This document shows positions 45,942 to 54,200 of a stretch of DNA of 64,000 bases, piece by piece. The stretch is from the IMG/VR virus record IMGVR_UViG_3300021368_000002; one strand, written 5' to 3'. Each line of letters starts with the position of its first letter. The stretch's first letter is position 1. The notes below the pieces were generated by a model. It saw only the letters and a list, made by a program, of their open reading frames with translations, searched no databases and was not told the DNA's origin. This stretch comes from a virus. Taxonomy: Duplodnaviria > Caudoviricetes. The position numbers and the translations under genes were made by a program.

Positions 45942-46907
45942 TTATGCAGCCACCTGCGGTTTACCATTCCATTTTTTTTGATTGTTAACAACACTCTTAA
46001 CAATAACTTCTTCAATTTTTCCATTCATCACCATAACACCTTCATTAGTTCTATCTGCTAATTCATCTGCTGTAATTCTAATTGGACTATAAACACGAGC
46101 GCCTTCTCCCATGTCGAGTATATCAAAGTACTTACAATCTGGATAACTGATGTTTTCTTTAAATGTGCTTCCTATTACAACTGTGCTAGGAGTTTGCATA
46201 GAATAGGCAATATGTTGACCTACACTATCACATCCTAAGAAATAATCTGCGCAATTTATTATAGCAGCCCATTCTCTAATACTTGTGTTTAAAGGAACAG
46301 CAATAGGCTCGGTTACACCGTATTCATTAAACTGAATAGCAACTTCTCCCATAAACACTACAGCCATTTTTTTACTTAGAGCTTTAACAAGATTAATGAC
46401 AGATTCTGGTTCAAAACTTCTTCCGCTTGGATCCATTATTAATCCTTCTTGATTAACAACTCCCCTGCCGAACGGTTGAAAAACTAATACTTTATCTTTT
46501 TTAGTTTTTTCTTTTACTTCTTTAAGCAACTTAGTTGCCTGAAACATTTCTTCTTTGCCTAAATAAATATTTGGTTTAGGTAAGTCACGTAATCCTTTGT
46601 TGTTAATAGCAATATCATATGCCTGATTTAAGTGTGCTTTTTGATTGTAATATTCCCAAACTCTGTAAGGTTCTGGACTTAACAACTCCATGTCTTTTAA
46701 TTTTTCTTCAAATAGATTCTTATGCCATACGTCATAAGCTCTCTTAAATAAGGTCGGGTGACCTTTATAAAAATCTGTTCCGCCTTCGCATACAATTATA
46801 AAGTCGTCATCAGGATTTTCTTTTTCATATAATTCTAATGCAGGAATGCTAGAAATTACTCTGCCTGCACCACCGTTTATAAAAATAGCTGTATTTCGTT
46901 TGGTCAT
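45942..46907 (-). CDS. GT9 (heptosyltransferase)-like glycosyltransferase
   Basis: FQPFG, ADYFLGCDSVGQHIAYS..P..V..G (GT9 DSG..H.A motif); N-terminal GGAGRVI. Confidence 0.7.
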   Translation of the reverse strand: MTKRNTAIFINGGAGRVISSIPALELYEKENPDDDFIIVCEGGTDFYKGHPTLFKRAYDVWHKNLFEEKLKDMELLSPEPYRVWEYYNQKAHLNQAYDIAINNKGLRDLPKPNIYLGKEEMFQATKLLKEVKEKTKKDKVLVFQPFGRGVVNQEGLIMDPSGRSFEPESVINLVKALSKKMAVVFMGEVAIQFNEYGVTEPIAVPLNTSIREWAAIINCADYFLGCDSVGQHIAYSMQTPSTVVIGSTFKENISYPDCKYFDILDMGEGARVYSPIRITADELADRTNEGVMVMNGKIEEVIVKSVVNNQKKWNGKPQVAA

Positions 46908-46912
46908 AAAAA

Positions 46913-46948
46913 ATCCTCTCTAAATATGAAAATATTTATAGAGAGGAT
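46913..46948 (-). promoter_or_regulatory. 10-bp hairpin whose loop holds TATAAATA and whose 3' arm holds the Shine-Dalgarno; followed by T6 then ATG
   Basis: atcctctcta / tagagaggat arms; TATAAATA at 46940-46933. Confidence 0.75.
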
Positions 46949-46971
46949 CTTAAACTTTAATTAAATATGGC

Positions 46972-47619
46972 TTATTGATCTTCTTCAGTTTCTGGTGGTT
47001 TAATTCCAGCAGTTGGCTGAACAGGAAATAAAACTTCCCAGGGCTCTTTGTCTGCCCAAGTTGAAGGAATATCTCTTAGTTTCTGTCTCCAAGTAATCCA
47101 TTCATTTTTAATTGAATCTGGAACATCTGGTCTAACTCTTGCATCGCTGCCGGCTAATAGAAAATCTCTCGCACCTCTAACATCATCCCAAGTCATATCT
47201 TTAGTTGCAAATGCAAACGTCCATCCTGCAACAGGGTCATATGTAATATCTTCATACCTATGTATTTCATTAGGGCTAGGATATTCGTGTTCCATATGTG
47301 TTTCGTCGTCCGGAGTATCTAGCTCAATCTCTGGTAAATCGCTATCATCATAATCCATAGCAACTATGGTTGCAAGTAACGGCTCATCTGCTGCACTTAC
47401 TTCCACTTTTAGTTCTCCTGGAGGAGGAGAATATGTTTCTCCGTCCATATCAGCAGTCATGTAGGCCCTTGGAGCAAGTTTTCCTGTTTCTCTTTCCACA
47501 AACACCCAAAATCTATCAGGACCTTCATATGTCCAGTCTGCTGTTTTGTTTAATGTTCTAGCTGTTGACCAAATTTTATCTGGTACAGGATAGCTAAAAT
47601 TTACAGTTATATTTGGCAT
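46972..47619 (-). CDS. tail fibre assembly chaperone-like protein
   Basis: VRGARDFLLAGSD..W..WRQKLRDIP. Confidence 0.75.
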   Translation of the reverse strand: MPNITVNFSYPVPDKIWSTARTLNKTADWTYEGPDRFWVFVERETGKLAPRAYMTADMDGETYSPPPGELKVEVSAADEPLLATIVAMDYDDSDLPEIELDTPDDETHMEHEYPSPNEIHRYEDITYDPVAGWTFAFATKDMTWDDVRGARDFLLAGSDARVRPDVPDSIKNEWITWRQKLRDIPSTWADKEPWEVLFPVQPTAGIKPPETEEDQ

Positions 47620-47630
47620 ATTATTTTATC

Positions 47631-48365
47631 CTATCTAAATACTAAGTAAACCATTCCACCTGCGCCAGCGCCACCGCAATTACTGCTGCCGCCAAATCGT
47701 CCTGCTGTAAAGCCGCCGCCTCCTGGGAAGTGTCCAAACAATATAGCTCCCGAGCAAGTACAGCAACCGTTAATACCCATAGACATATGTCCTGTCATAG
47801 GTGCACCTGGTTGTACGCTAAATCCATGATTGTAACAATAGCTGTTTGACCACCAAAAGCCTTTATTACCTTGTATACACATAACATTATGTGAATCACC
47901 ATTGTATGATACTGGTGTTGTTTGCAATGATCCACAACATCTGTAACAGTAATGTCCATTACATTGATACCATCCATGACATCCGCCTTGAGCTCTAGCA
48001 CACCATTCGCCATTCAAACATACATATGAGTCAAAGCCGTTCTGACATGATCCAGTGCTTCTGCAACAAGTTGATCCTGCTGCACAAATTATCAGTGTAT
48101 CGCCCGGTGATACAGTTTTTGAACCTGCAATATATCCGCCTGCGTCTGCACCCATACCAATTGTACAGCATTGTCCTCCAGCGCCGGCGCCACCGCCTCC
48201 CCAGATTTCCCATGCTACAACAGTTTTATCTCCAGGAACAATAAATTCACAGCACGCCCCACCATTATTAACAGTTGTAGTGTTAGTATTGTATACCACG
48301 AGTTCCTGCGGAACTACTGCTCCGCCTTCATCATAACCATACAAGTAATCTCTAAGTGTTGCCAT
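47631..48365 (-). CDS. Cys/Gly-rich gp38-like adhesin paralog A (21 Cys in 244 aa)
   Basis: CC..VP..EIWGGGG.G..CC ... PGGGG..GAGG.V. Confidence 0.65.
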   Translation of the reverse strand: MATLRDYLYGYDEGGAVVPQELVVYNTNTTTVNNGGACCEFIVPGDKTVVAWEIWGGGGAGAGGQCCTIGMGADAGGYIAGSKTVSPGDTLIICAAGSTCCRSTGSCQNGFDSYVCLNGEWCARAQGGCHGWYQCNGHYCYRCCGSLQTTPVSYNGDSHNVMCIQGNKGFWWSNSYCYNHGFSVQPGAPMTGHMSMGINGCCTCSGAILFGHFPGGGGFTAGRFGGSSNCGGAGAGGMVYLVFR

Positions 48366-48377
48366 TATCTAAATTCC

Positions 48378-49139
48378 TTACGATGCTTCCGTTATGTACA
48401 TAATTTGTACCATTCCACTGCCGCCTTTTGCGCCGCAATATCTTGTTGATGTTCCGCCATTATTACTAGCCATACCGCTTGAACCTGGAATAGATTGACA
48501 GTTTCCTTGGCGAGCGTGTCCTGATTCATTTACACATCCGTTTCTACTCCACCAGCCGCCTGTCCATCCATATGGTGCTCCTGGTGCAAAATTTTTAAAA
48601 TGACACTTGTTGCCATATGTCCATTTTGCTTGTCCGTTCATACCGCAAATATGCATTGATGCTCCTGTAACACACCCACAAGCACATTGTCTTATTTGAC
48701 AGTTACCGTAACTACAATGTCCTAAACAAATTGTGCATCCTGGCTGTCCGCCATATGCTCTTAATTCGCAAGTTGAAGCTTTACAAATATAAGAATTATA
48801 TCCCTGTGTTCCTGTACAACCTGTACAACAATTCGTTGTACCGCCTGCACATATTGTCCATTGATCTCCTGGTGTTACTTCAAAAACTTTACGTCCGTAA
48901 CTACCGGCGCCACCAGGCTTGTTTGACCTATTACAACAGGATCCTGCACCTGAACCTCCGCCGCTCCAAAGTTCAACAGCGATCCATGTTACACCTGTAG
49001 GAACTGTCCATAAGCAACATTGTCCGCCATTGTTTACTGTGTTGGTATTTGTATTATAAATCCTTAACGTAGCCATTGTACCATTTGTTGGTGCTGTTGC
49101 TCCTGCGGAATATTCTAACAATGTTCTTAAGCCTGCCAT
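48378..49139 (-). CDS. Cys/Gly-rich gp38-like adhesin paralog B (22 Cys in 253 aa)
   Basis: Same scaffold: CCLWTVPTGVT..ELWSGGG..CC..GGAGSY..GGSGMV. Confidence 0.65.
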   Translation of the reverse strand: MAGLRTLLEYSAGATAPTNGTMATLRIYNTNTNTVNNGGQCCLWTVPTGVTWIAVELWSGGGSGAGSCCNRSNKPGGAGSYGRKVFEVTPGDQWTICAGGTTNCCTGCTGTQGYNSYICKASTCELRAYGGQPGCTICLGHCSYGNCQIRQCACGCVTGASMHICGMNGQAKWTYGNKCHFKNFAPGAPYGWTGGWWSRNGCVNESGHARQGNCQSIPGSSGMASNNGGTSTRYCGAKGGSGMVQIMYITEAS

Positions 49140-49150
49140 TTTTTATTTCC

Positions 49151-49789
49151 TTAATCTGATCCTGCGTCTGGAGTGTTGGGCAACGTTACTTTATGTGCAG
49201 GAATGCCGTTCCACGTAGCTGGTAAATCCCTTAGTGCAGCTCTATAGTCTAACCAAGGTTGTTTAACCGCTGCCGGCATATCTTCTGCAATATTACCGTC
49301 CGTTGCTTCTAACATTCTATCTCTAATTTCTCTTAACATTTCCCAAGTAATTTCTGGCTCTAGCATATCATATGTCCATGAACCGTCTGCATATGTTAAC
49401 GTATCTAAGTCAACAAATTCATCTGGTTCTAAAGGATATGAATATACCCAAGTCTCGCCGTTTGAAAGTGTTTGTGTTACATCTGATGCAGCAGTAGTCA
49501 TTGTAAACGCTGTTGGATCAATTAATGATGCAACTAAAGGATCTTGTTGACTATCTACTAGAACTTTTGTTGTACCTTCTGGTGCAGCAGCATTTTCACC
49601 GTCATTAGCTTCATCATAAAATGGATAAGTGTTTTCAATAACGCCAGTTGTTGCGTCTACAAATACCCACCATTTGGATGGACCTGTATATGAAGCATTT
49701 ACAGTTGTATTGTCCGCTACGCTTGATGATCTAAGCTCGTCTGGGCAAACATATGTAAATGTTTGTGTTATGGTTGTGTTTGTTGGCAT
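49151..49789 (-). CDS. tail fibre assembly chaperone-like protein (paralog of 46972..47619)
   Basis: LREIRDRMLEATD..W..YRAALRDLP. Confidence 0.75.
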   Translation of the reverse strand: MPTNTTITQTFTYVCPDELRSSSVADNTTVNASYTGPSKWWVFVDATTGVIENTYPFYDEANDGENAAAPEGTTKVLVDSQQDPLVASLIDPTAFTMTTAASDVTQTLSNGETWVYSYPLEPDEFVDLDTLTYADGSWTYDMLEPEITWEMLREIRDRMLEATDGNIAEDMPAAVKQPWLDYRAALRDLPATWNGIPAHKVTLPNTPDAGSD

Positions 49790-49801
49790 TTCTCTTTTCC
49801 T

Positions 49802-50533
49802 CTATGCAAATGATACTTTTACAATTCCGCCGGCGCCTTGGTCTCCACAATAGCAGTTATAATAACAGCAACTTCTTCCGTTAGGTCCTCCGCCTGATGG
49901 AAAGTTTGTACAAGTATAAGCACACCCATGTGCTCTATTTCCTACGTTACAAACTGAGCGTTCACCAACACTTTGGCCAAATTGATATGAGTGTCCTAGC
50001 CAATCGTTCCAGTGATGCAAACATCCGTCTTTGAGTGAGTTACCTCTAATTGATCCTAATGTAAAGTCTCCTGCTGCTCCCGGTGTGCAATAATACATCG
50101 GACAGCAAGTGCTTCCGTAAGCATAAAAACATTGTGTTCTGCCTCCACATCCTCCGCCTGCACAAGTAGTCGAAATACCTGATCCGCTAACGAATGATGT
50201 GTATCCTGTACAACCTACACAGTAATTAGATCTACAGCTAGATCCTCCTGCACAAATTGTATATTGACAGCCAGCTACTGTAGAAATCGTTCTAGTACTA
50301 TATGCTCCGCCTGCTGCTGTTTGAGAAGATGATTGACAGCATCTTGCGCCAGCACCGCCGCCGCCACCTCCCCATAATTCAAATGTTACCTGTGTTACAC
50401 CATCGGGCACAGTCCATAGACAACATTTACCACCAGAGTTGTGTGCTCTTGACATATTATATACATAAAATGTTTGCATTGCCGGCGGTGCAGCCGGTGC
50501 TACATCTGATTTCAAACTTTGTAATGTTGCCAT
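49802..50533 (-). CDS. Cys/Gly-rich gp38-like adhesin paralog C (23 Cys in 243 aa)
   Basis: CCLWTVPDGVT..FELWGGGGGG..CC..GGAY..GAGGIV. Confidence 0.65.
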   Translation of the reverse strand: MATLQSLKSDVAPAAPPAMQTFYVYNMSRAHNSGGKCCLWTVPDGVTQVTFELWGGGGGGAGARCCQSSSQTAAGGAYSTRTISTVAGCQYTICAGGSSCRSNYCVGCTGYTSFVSGSGISTTCAGGGCGGRTQCFYAYGSTCCPMYYCTPGAAGDFTLGSIRGNSLKDGCLHHWNDWLGHSYQFGQSVGERSVCNVGNRAHGCAYTCTNFPSGGGPNGRSCCYYNCYCGDQGAGGIVKVSFA

Positions 50534-50546
50534 TTTTTATTCCTTA

Positions 50547-50879
50547 TTAAGATCCTGCTAAGACCCAACCGTATGTTGCTCCGCTGTATACTAGTGTTGC
50601 TGCGCTGTTGCCGATGTCTAATGATAGATCCTCTGTAAGTCCATGTATCTTATGTCCATTACGAGCAACAGTAGCGTTGTTTGTTCCAAAGTTACCTCCA
50701 ATATCAATAAATTGGATTGTGTCGTTTACTAATGTATCAGACGACCCTGGTAATGTTAATGTAATAGCCCCTGCTGTTGTATCTATCAATAGGCGTTCGT
50801 TAGCGACTGCATTAGTATTTGCAGTGACAGTTCTTACGGTGGTGCCTGCTGACCCAGTTGTTGTAATGTATCTTGCCAT
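50547..50879 (-). CDS. stand-alone T4 gp34-type fibre domain
   Basis: DTTAGAITLTLP..GD-type I.FID..GNF..N..T..RNG.KI.G..DL..LVY..GW. Confidence 0.65.
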   Translation of the reverse strand: MARYITTTGSAGTTVRTVTANTNAVANERLLIDTTAGAITLTLPGSSDTLVNDTIQFIDIGGNFGTNNATVARNGHKIHGLTEDLSLDIGNSAATLVYSGATYGWVLAGS

Positions 50880-50905
50880 TTTAAATTATCCTAACTTCCT
50901 ATTTG

Positions 50906-50911
50906 TATTTA
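50906..50911 (-). promoter_or_regulatory. late-type promoter TAAATA overlapping a stop codon
   Basis: Upstream of AGGA-containing leader of the 110-aa gene. Confidence 0.45.
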
Positions 50912-51229
50912 TGCAGTTGGAGTCTCAACACCAAACGCAACTGCGGTTGTATTAGCTGCACTACTTCTTACAACTAATTTCTGACCTGCACCAACTGCAA
51001 TACCTGTTCTTTCAAGTACGCCTTTGGGCATGATTTCTGTTTCATATTCTATATATTCAGCAGCAGTTGGTGTATCTAAATCTGCAACCGCTAGCCTAAT
51101 AGTTATAGCTTGGTTTCCTCTATTAACAATAGAAACACTTGTAATTGCAAACGTGCTAGTTGGCACTGTATACAAAGTAGTATTTGTATCTGCTAATAAA
51201 TTTTCTGCTCCTAGTCTTCCTGATGCCAT
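50909..51229 (-). CDS. small beta-sandwich structural protein (106 aa)
   Basis: TLYTVP..SVSIVN..IEYE..ERTGI..GQKL..FGVE; tail locus. Confidence 0.65.
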   Translation of the reverse strand: MASGRLGAENLLADTNTTLYTVPTSTFAITSVSIVNRGNQAITIRLAVADLDTPTAAEYIEYETEIMPKGVLERTGIAVGAGQKLVVRSSAANTTAVAFGVETPTA

Positions 51230-51239
51230 TATATTATCC

Positions 51240-54200
51240 TTACGAGTTCAAAAAGTATTGCAGTGCCAAAGGTGTGCCACTTAGTCCTGCTTCAAAATTA
51301 ATTGGTTTATCAATTGTTATTCCGCTACTATCAGTTGTTGTAATAGTGTTACCTGAAATTTGTACCACACCAGCAACAAGCGTATTTACATTAAGAGTAG
51401 CTGCACCGCCACCAATTTGTGAGTTAATATAAGTTCTGATCGCTCGCTGCGTAGGAACAATTTCATCACTATCAGCAGCAAATGTTCCGTCAGTGCTAAA
51501 TTCTTTAATTGTTGCACTTGTACCACCTAATGATACAGAACCTAGTTGTAGTTCTTGCAACCCGCTAACACTAAAGTTGTCAGCATCTAGTGTAGCAGTA
51601 CCAGTTGCCTGTTCAACAGTAAACAAGTCGCCAACTCTAAAGTTACCATCTTGGTCTGTTGATGTATAGAATACTCTACCACCGCCACCTTCTACAGTTT
51701 CATTAGCAGGAGTTGGATTTTGTAGCGGAATACCCGGATAATTGGTTTGTGTGAAATTACCTGTACCAATATCTAGGAAATCGTGTCCTGTTAATCGCAC
51801 TTGTGAATATCTAATTCTATGTGTTACTGCCGCAGCGTGAGCAGGTTCCCCATCTACAGGAATCTCTGGACTTAATTGCAATCTAGCAGTATATGGTCCA
51901 GAACCACCTAATTCAAATAATTGAACAAGTTTGTAGATTGTACTATCGCCTGCTATTTGAATATTTGCTCCAGGTTGCGGTTCGTCGGTTAAATTTTCTA
52001 CATAAACATATTTTCCGCTTTGTAAAATATCAGCATAACCGTCACCAGTTACATCTGCACTTGCTGTCTCATAACCTGTTCCTCTATCAGCAAAGGTAGG
52101 TTGTGCAAGCACTCCGCTACCTACTCTTACCGTATGGGGTACATCTACAGTGTTGTTTGGATCTGTAATTGTCATTGTAGGCGGACTTGCAGGATCATAT
52201 CCAGTGCCCGGTTCTATAATTACAATTTTAAATATTTTATCACCTGCGACTTTTGCTCTTCCTCTTGCAGTTGTTCCAGTTACTGGATCAGCAAACGTAA
52301 CTCTTGGCTCTATTCTATAGTTTGATGTTTGATCTAATGTAGTTTCAATAGCAGTTCCAGGAACAAGATGGTCCCATCCTGCTGTATCGTCACTCATTTT
52401 CTTTACTGTTGCAATTTTTGTACCAGCATTGTATGTGTCAATATAAGCATATTGTCCTACCCCTACGCCGTCTTCTATATAGATTGCCATACCAACATAG
52501 TCTGCACTATTTGCTGTATCTGTGTTCGAAATAGTAATAGTAGTTGATGTACCGCTTTGAGCATTATTGAGTGCTGTTGTGTAATCTGCACCACCATAGT
52601 TATTTGCTGGATTAGTAAGTTGCACTGCAAAAACACCATTTGTCCTTGTATTTACTGCACTAACACTTGCACCTATACCTTCACCTACAAAGCTATAAGA
52701 TGCTGTTGTGTAGTTAACACCTGCATTTTCGTATTCTAGTGCTAATATTCTACTACCATCTGTAAATACGCTATTAATAATAGCTTCTGCATAGTAGTTA
52801 TTTACTGTACCTGTTATAGGTGTTTCAGTAGTATCAATACCTTCAGCTACTGATCCAAAATCACCATAAGAGTTGTTTCCGTTTGTAGCACGAATCTTAC
52901 CACCGTTCTCTGCAAGATATCCAATATGGTTGTAATACGTAAACACTGACACAAGTTCTGAGCGGCCTAAGTTTGTTACCCAGTAACCAATACCATCACT
53001 TAGAATCTGTGTAAAGTCGTTAGCAACAATTGAATCGTTTCCGCCTGCGTGTAGATCACCATCTACTTTTAATCCTATACAAGCTGTACCAAATGTTGAA
53101 ACGTTTTGAATGTAAGGTGATTTGTTATGAATCCATACAAGCCTATCATCTACACCCTCGCCTGGATCTAAACTCACATATGCACCTGCTGATGGACGAC
53201 TTGTGCCATAAGAATTTGCAGCGCCTAAAGTACCTGTAAGTCCTGCTAGTGTGCAATTTCTAATACCACATCCGTTTCTAACATAAAACATATTTTCAGT
53301 TAGTGAATCACCGTCTGGAGTAATTCTTGTACTACGTAATTCGTCTCCAACAATAGCTGTATGTGAAGGAACACTAATCGGTAATGCTTCTGCATATGTT
53401 CCTGTCTTAACATATAGTGTATTATGAATCACTTGTTCTGCAGGTAAACTTGATAAGTTTCCTGCTGTAATCGCTGCTGTTATATGTGAAACAAGTGAGT
53501 CGTAAGTGCTTTCAGCATCTGTTTCTGCTGTGTAGGCTACATCAATTACTTGTGTAACTGGAGTTGCTACACTGTTTTCTGTTTGGTAATTTGTTGCAGG
53601 AGGTGTATTTCCTAAAACTGCTGCTACAACATCTAAACTGTAATTTATTGCTGCAACTGTTTCTGTTTCCTGGCCAGCAACGTAACTTGCACCAGCTGTT
53701 GTAAAATATGACTGCGCTGCTTTTCTTGTTTCTACATTACCGCCATGTGATATATCATACCCTACGTGTTTTACAATTCTTTTCATATCACGTAAACATT
53801 TTGTTTTATCGTATGTAAATGCTCCTGTAAATGGCGCAATCGCATTTGCAATTTGATAATCAACCCATTCAACTGTTTCTGCTGCAATAAAATCAATATT
53901 TTGATCTAAAAGATATTTTGCATTTACACGAGTAGTTGCATTAAGTATTTGTGAACAAGCATATGCAACTGTTAGCCAAGGCCTGTCTGCTGTAATACCA
54001 TATGTCGGAGCAGGAGAGTCTGTACCTTGTGGTGAAACATAATAGACATTATCTACAAGTCCAAAATAATCCCATTCTACACCAGTGCCAGCAGTGTCAA
54101 CTTTTAAAACTTGTCCCGGGTCACCAATTGGTAATCTAGTAGGTCCAGCTCCTGAATAATAAAGAATATCACCATCTGTTGTTAAAACATTTTCTTCAGC

